Assembly (NCBI GenBank): GCA_039096935.1
Contig: JBBPEE010000035.1
Coordinates: 434,001-498,000 of the forward strand
Reading direction: 5' to 3'
DNA from: Blastocystis sp. ATCC 50177/Nand II
Lineage: Eukaryota
Length of the DNA: 64,000 nucleotides
This document shows, in pieces, positions 49,278 to 61,974 of this stretch; the first letter of the stretch is position 1, and the number at the start of each line of letters is the position of its first letter. Position numbers and translations under genes: made by a program. The notes beneath the pieces are model-generated. The model did not search any database. It saw nothing but the letters and a program-made list of their open reading frames with translations, and had not been told where the DNA came from.

Positions 49278-50015
49278 TTAGAAGTACACCTGCTGCACAG
49301 GTCCCATGGTGGACTTGATGTAGATGACCTTGATGTTCTGCCACTTCTTCTTCAGCAGAGACACCAGGAAGTTCACGGACAGCACGACGTTGGTCTTCAG
49401 CTGGTCTCTGTTCAGGTTCACGTGACCCACGGGCACGGACAGGCACAGCACCTTCTTCATCTGGAACTTCACGGTGTGCAGAATGCCGTTGATCTTCTCA
49501 GCGGGGTCTTCGCTGTTGGTGATCACAGAGGGGAACTTGCCGGCTCTGTTCAGACCGGGACCCATGAGACGAGGCAGCTTCTTGATCAGAGTGTCGGAAG
49601 CGAGGAAAGCGTCGTACTTCTTGGCGAGCTTGCGGATCAGCTTCTTGTTCTTGTTCAGGTTGGTGATCTCGTCCACGTTCATGCAGGGGATGTTCTCCTT
49701 CTTGCAAATCTGCTCGTGCTTGTCGTTCACGAAGATGCACACGTTGATGTGGTCTCTCGTGGGGTTGGGCAGCACGAAGGAACCAGCGAAACGCTTGTCC
49801 TTAGCGGGATCGATCTGCTTCAGGGTGACCTGCAGCTCCACGGTCTCCACGAAGTTTCTCTTCTTTCCCTGCACCTTCTCTCCATCGACCTCCACCTCGT
49901 TACCAGCGGAATAGGCCAGAATAGTATCAAGAGCCTTGTTCAGAACTTCGCTGCCAATCTTACTGCACACCGTGAGCACGAAGTCATTTCAAACACAACA
50001 GCACACCTACCTCAT
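49278..50015 (-). CDS. RPL10A: 60S ribosomal protein L10a (uL1)
   Basis: MSK after a 48-nt intron; KKRNFVETVELQ, GPGLNRAGKFP and KSTMG. Confidence 0.97.
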
Positions 50016-50491
50016 GGTTCTAGTTGCTTTTCTGGAGAGTTAGGGAATGAAGGATGAAACCGCATGGAAAAATGGGTCACACAGCGGATTGGACGAACGA
50101 ATTCCCATCGCGGTTTTCCAGTATTTGAACGAGGTATAAAGTCCGTTCCGATTCGGAGCTCAAAACACACCCAAAGTGGCACAGATCAGAATGGGAAAGG
50201 TGTGGCCGCACTGGACATAGGAATTGTGTAATTGTGATAGAAACAACCATTCATTGCTATTCTGACTCTTCAAAACGGCTCCAATGAAGTTCGTTCAACC
50301 CCAAATGCACTCTCTATTGATTCTTCCATTACTACAATTGTGTTTTCGTTGTGTGCAGTGCTGAATAGTGGGATTCATGTGTCGAGCCACCCTCGTGTGA
50401 GCAGAGGGGAATCACCGCTAGATACTGGGAAGCCTCACGAGAGGGCTCTGGGTTTGAGTTCTTTGTATTGATCTTTATATTTGCGTGAATA

Positions 50492-52380
50492 ATGTCGGAT
50501 CAAGGTGGGTATTGCCTTTTCTATGGATGTGCTTGCCTTTGAGCTGTTCATTACACGGGATTGGCCTCTAACAGTTGGTTAGAGAAAACTACTGCTCCTG
50601 AAACTGCGCCCGAAGCAGCCCCCGCTCCTGCTCCTGAAGCAGCTCCGGCCGCCGAGCCTGCTCCCGCTGCTCCTGCCGAGCAAGCGGCTGCGCCCGCCAC
50701 CCCTGTCACTCCCGCTGCCCCTGCGAAGCAGATGGTTGCCATTCCCGAGGCTGCTCCCATTGGCGACGTGAAGGTAGGCTTTGGTCCAGGGATGGATGCT
50801 AATGGCCGTAGCCCGAGTTCGTCATCAACGTCACCAACCCCACGCGTGTCGCCGACAAGATGAACTCTTCCCATGTGACATACAACGTGAACACCGTTAC
50901 TACAAATGAAGCTTACAAGTACAGCCAGACTGTGGTGGTGCGCCGCTACAGCGACTTTTTGTGGCTGCACGACATCCTGGCTCAGGAGTACCCCTACGCC
51001 GTGATTCCGCCCATGCCCCAGAAGAACTCTCTGAACCGCTTCGAGATCGACTTTGTGGAGGACCGCCGCAACGCGCTGCAGTACTTCGTGCGCTCCGTGT
51101 GCGCGAGCCCGCTGCTGAAGGAGAGCAAGCGCCTGCGCTCGTTCCTGACGGCGGACGACGAATCGTTCGAGGAGGAGAAGGCGGAGACGAAGAGCGAGCT
51201 GAAGAGCGACCTGACGAACCCGATGAATCTGCTGAAGTTCGTGGGCAACGGCCTGGTGAGCGTGGGCAAGCAGGTGGAGAAGTCGATGAACCAGCAGATG
51301 GGCGGTGAGGCGCCGATGAGCAAGGAGGACGAGAAGCTGGCGAAGTACGTGGAGTACCTGAACGACGTGTCGTCGCAGATGGCGGCGCTGGCGAACAACG
51401 CGCAGGAGTTCGTGGACCAGCAGCGCGAGATGACGACGTCGCTGATCGAGATGGGCGTGAACCTGAGCGTGCTGAGCCAGGTGCAGCAGGACGTGGTGGG
51501 CGAGGCCATGAAGTCGATGAACGACGCCATCGCCGTGACGGGCCAGCTGTGGAACGAGAAGAGCGTGCGCGAGGAGAGCACGCTGGTGAAGCCGATGCGC
51601 CTGCTGGCGGCGCTGGTGGACGAGATGAAGATGACGGTGGGTCGCCGCTCGGCGATCCTGTCCAACTACCAGGACGCCTACCAGGGCCTGAAGAAGGCGA
51701 AGGCCAACTACAAGAAGCTGGCGGCGACGCCGGGCAAGAGCTCGAAGCTGGCGGGCGCGGAGGACGAGATCGAGCGCTACAAGAAGCGAGCGGGCAAGCT
51801 GAAGAAGAAGCTGAACACGGTGACGGAGAAGATCAACGGCGTGATTGACGACTTCCGCGCGGACAAGATGAAGCTGATCCGCGGCATCGTGCTGGACCTG
51901 CTGCAGACCGAGATGAACTTCTACAAGCAGATCGGCAACGTGTGGCGCAACTTCCTGCCCGAGCTGAGCAAGATCAACATGGAGGAGGCGCTCAAGAGCG
52001 TCAACGCCATGGCCGTTGCCAGCGTCGACGAGAACCGTCCGCGCAACACGGCGGCGGATTCGGAGGAGGAGAGCGGCTCTGAGGAGGAGAGCGGTTCGGA
52101 GGACTCGGAGGACTCGGACTCGGACTCGGACGCGAAGCCCAAGAAGAGCGCCAAGAAGAGCGCCAAGAAGGAGAGCAGCAGCGAGGAGGAGAGCAGCGAG
52201 GAGTCTGATGACTCCGATGACTCCGATGATGACTCTGACGATTCCGATGATGATTCGGATGACTCGGATGATGACTCCGACTCCGACTCGGATGACAAGA
52301 AGAAGAAGTCGAAGAAGTCCGCGAAGAAGGGTGGCAAGAAGGGCAAGAAGCACTCTAGCGATGACTCTAGTTCGGATTAA
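50492..52380 (+). CDS. PX-BAR sorting nexin with Ser/Asp-rich and Lys-rich tail
   Basis: VRRYSDFLWL, IPPMPQK, FVEDRRNALQ and BAR helices; TGTTTGTT after the stop. Confidence 0.9.
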
Positions 52381-52436
52381 GGCTAAGTTGCTGCGTGTTT
52401 GTTGGAGATGTGAAACAAACAGGGACACGATGTTAT

Positions 52437-53593
52437 TCACAGTGTTTCTTCACCACGAGACGAGTTCCGCAACCCAGCGCGTACACATCCCTCCGAAAGG
52501 GCGAAGGGCTTGCGTACGATGCCTTAAATCGCAGGGCATCCACGGAGTAGGATAGATAATCACTCGTCTCATCCCGCAGCACGCTCCATCGCAAACACTA
52601 CTCCTAACCCACATCTTCTAATTCCACCTTGCCCGCATAGTCCGTGGACAGAGCCTGCGCATCGTGATGTTGCGACCACTCCAAACTATTCACGTAGTGG
52701 TGGTGTCCTCTAAAGTAGTTGCAAGGCGAGTTCATGCTGCGAATGTCGTACACCACCACACGCGTGTCCTCCATCGGGATTGCGGCGATGTACCACGTGC
52801 TCCGCGGACACCACACCACCTTCCCCAGAGGCTGGCCCTCTTCCATCATAAAACCTGTCACGTTCCGCATTCGAGAATCGCTGAGGGTGACGGATCGACC
52901 ACGTCCCTACCGAATATCATTCAGGGTGATGCAGCCCTTCAAGCCGGCTGTTGCAAACACGTCGTCTGTCTCGGGGTCGAGTGCGATGCTGTAGCACTCG
53001 CGATCGTCCGTTTGTAACGATTGTGCCACCTTCTTCTTCTGCACATAAGTAAGTATAATTGATACTACTTCCAAATCCCAAATGCTCACAGTGCCATCGT
53101 AGATTGCAGCATACAATAATGGCACCCTCTTCTTTGCCACCGCAAACGACGACACTGGAAGGACGCGCTTACCGGAATCAGGGTTCAACTGCTACAGGGG
53201 AGAGGTTGGAAAGGCTTCTACTTCGGATGAAATTGACACTTCCCAGCGAACACCGCTCATATCAGGTTGAAGACGCAGCAACTGTATGCCCATTGAGGAA
53301 TAGAGAATGAACTTGGACTCGTTACTATTAGATAGAGGAGAAACCGTCAGCTGGGTCGGTGGAAGCTGTATTTCTTTTGAAAAGAGGGTCAGCGCCTTCT
53401 TCTTCTTTAAGTCCGTCAAATGGAGCTACACCTTCAGTCACGATACAATACAACTCACCTGAATCACGTTATTCTTGGAATAATGAAGACTCGTCGTCAC
53501 AAGGTAATTGGTGTTTCCCCCGTTATTACTGCCGTACCAAGAGAGCATTCGTACGGGGTATCCACAATCGATGCTCACGGCCTTTTCATCCAT
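52437..53593 (-). CDS. WD40 protein, DCAF7/WDR68-like
   Basis: SIWDLE, FATAGLKG, VVVYDIR and GHHHYVNSLEW. Confidence 0.65.
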
Positions 53594-53653
53594 TCCCCCT
53601 GTTCATCTTCTGCCCTTCTCCCTTCTCACGCGAGCAGTTCCAACAAACAACAC

Positions 53654-55944
53654 CACAGTTTCATCACCTTCGTTCTTACCCGATTTATCAGTGCATCTAT
53701 TTCTGCTTCCGAGTGGGCCGTCCTAATTCTCACGTCCGACTCCCTCTCCCACGTTGAATACGGTGTTATCGCATACGGATTGGTTACAACAGCAGGACTG
53801 CTCCCCAGCAGCGGATAAGCTCCTCCACCGCCGGATCGATTCGCGATCTGCTTCCATGTTTCCAGCTCCGTCTCCTTCTGCTGCAGCTCTTGCTTCGCCA
53901 CGCCCGCCTGCGTCTCCGCCTCCTCCGCCTTCTTCTTCATCTCATCTCTCTCATTCTCCACTCGCATCATATCACGAATCAGCAGGTCGTACTTCTCCTG
54001 CACCGCCAGCAGCTGTGACTCCTTCTCCTTCAGCCGTTGCAGCACCAGCAGGATCTCCGTGCTCGTCCACTGCGCCGTGGGGCCCGTCAGCGTCACCGCG
54101 CGCACGCGCTGGAGCAGAGCGTCCACGGCGGTGGTGCGGACAAGGCGCGGGTCGGAGCGCGTCTGGAGGTCGGCAAGATAGAGTGAGATGAGCTCGTCGC
54201 AGTCGCGCAGCAGCGCCTTCAGCTGGCCCTCCTTCTCCCGCGCCGCGAACGCCTCTGAGCCCGTCATAGTGCCGCCCATACCATTGATGTTCGCTGTATT
54301 GGTGTTAAGGCCATTCACCACACCACCCACAGTATTGGTGTTCATCACACCACCGATTGTATTGGTGTTCACAACACCACCCACAGCATTTGCGTTTACA
54401 CCACCCACAGCATTGGTGTTCACAGCATTGACATTTGTAGCACCCACGGGATTGGCAGGGGCGAGGACCGTGTTGTTGGCGGGCGCCTTCATGACATCCA
54501 GCACCATCTTCGTGATCTGCACCATGTCCCGCACGCGCGTGTCCATCAGCGACTCCTGCTGCTTGCAGTACTTCATGAACCGATCCACCGTCTACCGCTC
54601 ACGCACACCGCTCACTCCCACCATGCTTTGCAACACCGCGTCCGAAAAGCGCGCCTGATCGTTCTCGCCGCCGATCGCGATTCCCGCGGCAACGGCGGCG
54701 CTGTTCATAGCACCGTCCAACGCGTCCACCCATGCGTTCACTTCCTGCACAAAGGCGAGCAGGAATGTGCGGTATTGGCTCTCCGCCGACTGGGAGGAAA
54801 AACCACCTTGAGGAGAGGACCTGGTGGTAAAAACGACCTCTGAACCGTACCATGCGGGGTATTGCGTGCGATCGTTCGGCTTCGCCTTCATCTCTCTGTA
54901 TTCTCTCTATCCCTCAGTCCAACCGCCCGACCCCACGAACAAATCCGAGAGGGACTTCAACTGGTAGGGCTGGAGGCACTTCCGGATCACTTCCGTGACG
55001 GAGGCAACCTGGTTCTCCACCGAGGTGACGCCCGAGTAGCCCATGCAGAGGCGGAAGAGCTCGTAGACGGACTGCTGCAGGGAAGAGGAGGAGGACTATG
55101 CATGGAACAGACAAGCAGCACGCACGGATGCGACGCCGTTGAACTGGCCATTCCGGTACAGTTTCAGGAGGTCGTTGAAGATGGACTCCACGTTCTTGAA
55201 TGTGCACACGATGTCGCCGCGGATCTCCGCCACGTCCGCCTGCGCGTTCTTCCACTCCGGGATGGTGGTGCAGATCGCGCTCAGCATCCGGTCGCCAATC
55301 TCCTTGCACGCGTCCAGCATCTGATTCAACTGCTGGATGTCCTCTCTCTTCTAGCAGTGACGCGTCTCACACGATCGCACGGGCTGACTGTAGAGATGGG
55401 AGTAGGCGGATGTGCCGCCAACTCTTGCATTGAGCTGCGCGATCTGGTTGTCCTTCTCTCGCAACTCCTGTTGAAGGGATCGCACTCGACGCTGCAAGTC
55501 ACTCACATCCCAGGACGAGGAGTATCCGTTTTGAGAGTTGCGCAGGCGCTCAATCTCATTCTTCACTTAATCCTCTCCATCGCGGTTACATCTCTGTCCA
55601 TCAATTGTTTATTCATATCTGAAATTTGCACATTCTTCTGGTCCAGTTGAGCACTTAGCGACGCGATCTGGTCCTTCTGATCCAGATTCTCCCTGATCAG
55701 GTCGTTATTAAAGAACCTACATTCAAAAACGAATATTTGATTGTACTTTCCATCTCGTAGGTTTGCAAAAAGCGATCTCATGCTCGAAATCTCCTCTCGC
55801 AGACGATTATTCTCATTCTGTAAGGATATCACATCGAGTTGCTACGTGTCACAGATTGAAATAGTGGAAAACGCCTCCTGAGGGAATGGCCGACTGTCCT
55901 AGCCATCGATCTCCCTGAATCGGTGAATAGAGATCACTCATCAT
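53654..55944 (-). CDS. Long coiled-coil protein; TGA stop probably created by polyadenylation
   Basis: Heptad-rich exons joined by ~30-nt introns; ends VMKL followed by TG(53655-53654), GTGT, TGTTTGTT. Confidence 0.65.
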
Positions 55945-56053
55945 ATCTCGCCGTGGCGCACTCTTATTTTCGTATTACTGATTTGAAATGCCGAGTTTGT
56001 CTTTCTCTCCTCCCTCCTGTGGATTGTATAGTCCACTCCAAAACGCTTTGCGA

Positions 56054-56125
56054 GGCCTGCTGGTCTAGTGGTATGATTCTCGCTTAGGGTGCGAGAGGTC
56101 ACGGGTTCGATTCCCGTGTAGGCCC
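56054..56125 (+). tRNA. tRNA-Pro (AGG)
   Basis: Acceptor stem GGCCTGC/GTAGGCC, anticodon arm CTCGC-TTAGGGT-GCGAG, T-loop TTCGATT; T-run terminator follows. Confidence 0.97.
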
Positions 56126-56297
56126 ATTTTTCTTTCTTTTCACTGTTATTCTTTTCTTTTCCCTGTGACGTAATTCTTTTTTCGGATGGGCAGGAAGGAG
56201 ATTGCGCGTTTCCCTCCGCTTTCCAGCAGCACGCCGCCATTGGCTCTTTTGTTCGTCTCTTTCCACTTCCTTGCTCTGATCAATAGGCATCAGAGGA

Positions 56298-58096
56298 ATG
56301 GATCGTCGTAATGCTGACATCTTCCACCATTCACGTTCTTCACAGGCGAAAGCGTTTTGTTGCTTTCTTTTATTCGAATTATTGCATAGTGCTTGTTTGA
56401 GGTGAATGGTGGTATTAAATCGTCGTGCTGTTTTGAGCGGGCATCGTCCTTGTGCCTCTTCGTTTGCACGTTACAGGGAGCGTATTTCGTTGTGTCTATG
56501 GACCTACAATCCGTTTCAATGATATCGGAAGATGGCTGCACTGGGATCCCCGCGTGCGGCTCCTATAACGGCATTCAGCACTATGCTATCAGCGACAGCG
56601 ATCTGTCTTTAATGAAAATACATCCTCCTCTGGAATCCGCTCTCTGGGCTCTTCCGCACCAATCGATCTACGGCTACGACGCATCGAATTCCATTTGGAG
56701 ATTCACGATATCCGACTCCCGCCTGGCCTGCACCCTCCTCCACACCCTCCCCTTCCCCTTCTGCGCACTCTGCTTCCATCACGATCATCTCCTCCTCGGC
56801 TGCTCCGACGGCTCCGTCCACTCCCTTCAGGATTCTCACCCCACCCGCCTCCTGCAGACGCCCTCCCTGTCTCTCACTCGCCTCCTCAGCAGTGGCTCGC
56901 ACCTCCTTCTTCAGGATGCTTCCCACACGCTCTGGACTGTGGATGGCTCGCACTGCACACCCCTCCTCCAGAAGTGCGGGCTGCGCGCCTGTTCCGCCAC
57001 GACGGTGTTCGGCGTGGAGCAGGGCCGCATGTGAGAGCAGACGCGGGGCGTGAGGAGTAGATGGGCATGGCAGAATCAACAGCTCACGGAGTTGGCAGTT
57101 TCAACCACTGCACGTGATTTCGCACTTCTTGCTCCCGCGACTCTCTGCCTGTTGGAGGAAGGAGGAGAACTCGTTTTGTGTGACACTGCCGTGGAGGTCA
57201 AAAACGGGGGGCCGCACACGACTCTGCGCGAGTTGGAGCGGATATCGGATTTGCACGCTCTGTTGACCACTGCTCGTGACGAACACTTTTCCCGCCTTTT
57301 TTGGAATCAGCAGACTCGACTTGATTTTTCCAGCATTCCACGACAGAAGGTGAGAGAATTGCGTTTAGAAGTGAGCGGTGATGAAGTGCTGTTCACGTTG
57401 GACATCTCCCTTCCGCCATCGGTGTCGACGGCAGCATTGGTGGTGGAGGACTTGGCGGGAGAATGTGTGGTGCTTCAGAAGTGGATGCGAGCCGCCTCGG
57501 CGTCTTTGACCTTCTCTGCATCGATCTGGCGGACTGTGTTCTCTAGCGTGTTTAAAGTGTCTCTGATGCTTGTGGCGAGGAAGAAAGGAGAGTTCCACCC
57601 TCCTTTGACGGAGCTGATGGAATGTGGGTGGTATTCGCTGATTGACGTGGGGTTGCCTTTCTTGCGACGGAATGATGTAGATGGTGATCGTATGGGAGCG
57701 TTGTCCACAGTACAGATGAATACCCTCTCCACAATGGCTGAAGAGGACATCAAGGGGTTGTTTCCAAAATCGCAGAGTGCATTGAATCCCAAAGTGGATG
57801 TGCAGGTCATTTCGCGGGGAAAGAGTTTTGTCATGGTGATGAAGAGCATGAGCTCCGAGTCTCTTCTCGCAATGCATGTCTACATTCTGCAAAGGATGAC
57901 ATGCAAAATGAAGGACACAGACCAAGGATGGTTCGTGGATGTGCTCAGTCACGAGGAAGAACTGAATGTACTGCTGAAGGAACTGCGGCAGCATCATACA
58001 AGCCAAAACTCTGTTGCCGACATGATTCGGCAACGCATTGCAGAACTCGAGCACTTGCTGTCAGTCAACGCAAAGCTGTCCACAATCCTCATGTAA
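56298..58096 (+). CDS. Hypothetical protein with N-terminal beta-propeller-like region
   Basis: ORFs 56393..57034 and 57050..58096 linked by a 30-nt intron; LLLGCSDGSV WD-like motif. Confidence 0.55.
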
Positions 58097-58130
58097 CCTA
58101 TACGCCTCTTTGTTTGAAACAAACAAACGA

Positions 58131-60644
58131 CTAACGCGAGCTTCCCTTCGTGGTTTTGGTCAATGCTCTCTACAACTCAGTCCTCTCCCTATCGCCAACG
58201 CAAATCTGCTTCACCTGCTTCCCTAGAATGATATGCGAAGCACCATTCACCGCTCGGTCCACATCCGCACTCGATTCCATCGTGATGTACGCCAGATCGC
58301 GCTGCCGGCCCGTCTCGTGGTTCATCGGGAACTTCACCGACACCACCTTCCCGAACGGCGAAAAGTGGTCGCGGATGACCTGCTCCGACACGCGCGGGTC
58401 CAAACCGCTCACAAAGATCCGGTTCGTGTCCTCTCTATTCCTCACACGCCACGCCCGCGTCTACTGAGGCTTCGATCGCGACGGCGACCGACTGCGCGAC
58501 CGGCTGCGCGACCGTCTCCCGCGGTTCTCGCGGCTTCCGCGCCGCTCCCACCCGCGGTCGGCTTTGTCAAACCGACTGCCTCTGTCGTCTCTGTCAAACC
58601 GGCTGCCTCTGTCGTCTCTGTCAAACCGGCTGCCTCTGTCGTCTCTGTCAAACCGGCTGCCTCTGTCGTCTCTGTCGAAGTGACTGGGTCGCTCGTCACG
58701 GTCCGGGCGGTCCGGGCGGTCGAAGCGGCTGGGCGGCTGCGTGCTGGGCGCGGGGCCGTCGCGGCGGTCCCAGTTGGAGGCGCGACGCTCCGGACGAGGG
58801 TTGTTGTCACGGCGGTCCCAGTTGGAGGCGGGGGGCGGGGGGTAATAGGGGTCATTTGGAGGGTAGGCCCCGTATTGGTTGTAGTAGTCGTAGGGCGGCG
58901 CGCGCTTGGGGTCGTAGGGCGGCATGTTGGGGTAGTAAGGTGGCGGCGCGTTGGGGTTGTAAGGAGGCGCCCGCTTGGGGTCGTAGGGCGGCACGGCGGG
59001 GTTGTAGGGCGGCACGGCGGGGTTGTAGGGCGGGTATGTGGGGTCGTAAGGCGCCGCCTTGGGGTCGTACGTAGGTGGAGCGTTGGGGTTGTAGGGTGTT
59101 GATTTGGGGTCATAGGATGTTGATTTGGGGTCATAGGAAGGAGGCGCGTTGGGGTCGTAAGGCGTCGACTTGGAGTTGTAAGCAGGAGGTGCGTTGGGGT
59201 CATAGGGTGTTGATTTGGGGTCATAGGAAGGAGGAGCGTTGGGGTCATAGACAGGCGCGGTCTTTGGGTCGTATGGTGTTGATTTGGGATCGTAAGCGGG
59301 AGGAGCGTTAGGATCGTAAGCGGGAGGAGCGTTGGGGTCGTAGGGAGCAGGTGCCTTTGGGTCGTAGGTGGGAGGCGGCGCATCCTTCGACTCAAAAGGT
59401 TGGGGTGCGTTGGGGTCGTAGGGAGCAGGCGCGGTGGCTTCTTTCTCCGCGGATGGAGCGGCCGCGTCGGGCGTGGGCTTGTCTTGCGCTGCGGGCACCG
59501 CTGAGGGCAGAACGTAGGCGGAGCTGGGCGTGGCCTCCGCGGCCGTGGCGGGCGCCGGGTAGGCGTTGGGGTTGTATGGCGGAGCTGCCTTGGGGTCGTA
59601 GGCAGGTGGAGCGTTGGGGTCATACGCGGGAGGCGCGTTGGGGTCATAAGCAGGCGGGGCATTAGAGTTGTAAGCAGGAGGCGCGTTGGGGTCGTAAGCA
59701 GGAGGCGCTGCCTTGGGGTCGTAGTAGGGATAGGCGTTGGGGTCGTAATAGTTGGGGGCGTTGGGGTCCTGATAGCAGGGCTGTTGGTAGTCGTAAGGAG
59801 CGTCGTAGTTGTATGTGTTCGGGTATTGGTTGTAGGCGTAGGGGTCGTAGGACGAGGGAGGGTAGGACGAGGGGGGAGCGGCGGGGAGGTTGTCCAGGGG
59901 GTCGTATTCATCTCCGGTGTTTGCCACGAGCTGATTCACCTTGTCATCCGCCGTCTCCTGTGTGTAGGAGTCAGGGTCTATGACTCACGGAACACCGCTG
60001 TGCTTACATAACACGTCACGTGACTGAGCAGGAACGACAGTCAGCACCAAGTTGTTGTATTGCAGGGTCCCCTCTCGAAGCAGCTTTTCCGTCTACAACT
60101 GATCATAGAAGCCAATGCATACAAGTGCTTCTGATTCAAAGGTAATAAAGCAGAAGTTGCGCAGGAGACCGTTATTGCGATCCTTAGGGAAGATGTGGAC
60201 AGTCACTTTTCCGACAGAGTTAAAGAACTTGAGAAGATCGGCCTCGTTGCTGTTTGGAGGAATACCGCGAATGAACAGTCGCTGGCACTGTTTTTGCTGT
60301 GACGACGACTTCTTGGCCTCGCTAATCTCCGCATCCGCACCTATACCTCAAAAGCAAACGGGAATCCCACCCATGATCTTGCAGGTGCCCTTTCGAATAG
60401 CCGCTTCAGCAGAGTATGGATTTTTGAAGATGACATATACGAAGCCTCTCGGCTTGAGTGTATACTGGTCCTTGGGAATAATGACGTTGTCGACCTCTCC
60501 AAACTCTGAGAGCGCTTCCTAAGTGATCAGGAAGTGCTTCCAGTGTGATTACTTTGACAATTCTCTCAGTGGCATTCTTGGGAACCTTTCGCACAAATAC
60601 TTTGCTAAACGAGTATTATCAGTTGGATGTAGCAGTTACTTCAT
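58131..60644 (-). CDS. Three-RRM RNA-binding protein with YDPNAPP repeats and RS/RD region
   Basis: RRM motifs KVFVRKVP/RGFVYVIF, LFIRGIP/RNFCFITF and IFVSGLD/LAYITM; central Y-D/N-P repeats; FDRDDRGSR x4; RSRSRS. Confidence 0.85.
58565..58680 (-). repeat. 27-nt coding tandem repeat (FDRDDRGSR, ~4 copies)
   Basis: tgtcaaaccggctgcctctgtcgtctc repeated on the + strand. Confidence 0.9.
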
Positions 60645-60786
60645 TGTTGAAATGCGTTCCATGCTTGTGAGTTCTTTTCTGAGCAGCGAAGACCCTATCC
60701 AATATGTCCCCTATTGTTCACCTCACGGACAACGCTTCATTCTTGAACAAATAGAACAATATTACGTTATAGACAACATAGAAGAC

Positions 60787-61942
60787 TTACAGCTTGATGT
60801 TCTTCTTCTCCAGAATCTCGAGGATACCATTAGCGCAGGTGGGGATACGAGTACCCGGTCCGTACACAGCCGACACACCACGCTTGTACAGGAAGTCGTA
60901 GTCCTTCGGAGGAATCACACCGCCGGCGAACACCACGATATCGTCACGACCCTCCTTCTTCAGACACTCGATCAGCTCAGGAATCAGCGTCTTGTGACCA
61001 GCGGCCAGCGAGGAGGCACCCACAGCGTGCACATCAGCGTCCACGGCGGCACGAGCAGCCTCAGCAGGGGTCTGGAACAGAGGACCCACATCCACATCGA
61101 AGCCGATATCGGCCAGACCCGTGCCCACCACCTTCGCGCCACGGTCGTGACCATCCTGACCCATCTTCGCGATGTACACACGAGGACGACGACCCGTCTT
61201 CTGCTCGAACGCCTTGCAGCGGTCGCACACCGCCTGGAACTCCTTCGTCTGCGAGTCCTCCGCGAACTCCTGCTGGTATGCGCCGTGCACCATCTCGTTG
61301 TGAGGCGTGTAGCGGCCCCAGTGGTGCTCCAGAGCGTCCGAGATCTCGCCCAGCGTGCAGCGCACACGCGCGGCGTTGATCGACAGGTTCATCAGGTTGT
61401 TCGGGTCCGTGCCCTTGCCCGTCGGCTCCGTCAGCTTGCTCGAGTACTCCAGAGCCTCCAGCGCGCGGCGCACAGCCTCGGGGTCACGGTGGGCCTTCAG
61501 GTCCTTCAGACGCGCGATCTGCGAATTGCGCACCTCCGTGTTGTCCACTTCGCGCACCTCCACCTTCGAGTCGTCCTTCTGCAACTTGTACTTGTTCACG
61601 CCCACAATCGTCTCCTTGCCAGAGTCGATACGAGCCTGCTTGCGAGCAGCCGCCTCCTCAATACGCAGCTTCGGCATGCCCGACGCGATGGCCTTCGTCA
61701 TACCGCCCAGAGCCTCCACCTCGTCGATGATCTTGTCAGCACCCTTCACCAGCTCGTTCGTCAGGTACTCGATCACATACGAACCGCCCCAAGGATCCAC
61801 CGTCTTGCAGATGCCCGTCTCCTCCTGGATGATCAGCTGCGTGTTACGCGCGATACGGGCCGAGAACTCCGTCGGCAGACCCAAAGCCTCATCCAGAGCG
61901 TTCGTGTGCAGCGACTGCGTGCCGCCCATCACGGCCGCCATG

Positions 61943-61974
<32 letters not shown>

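Noticed and set aside
50384..50448. Imperfect inverted repeat (GAGCC..CTCGTG / CACGAG..GGCTC) in the RPL10A-SNX intergenic region
   Set aside because: Short and mismatched, with no snoRNA or snRNA boxes recognised; cannot be told from chance without a covariance search
52519..52560. ATGCCTTAAA...GAGTAGGATA, resembling the U12 snRNA 5' end
   Set aside because: Lies antisense within the last exon of the WD40 gene; branch-pairing sequence imperfect and no Sm site seen
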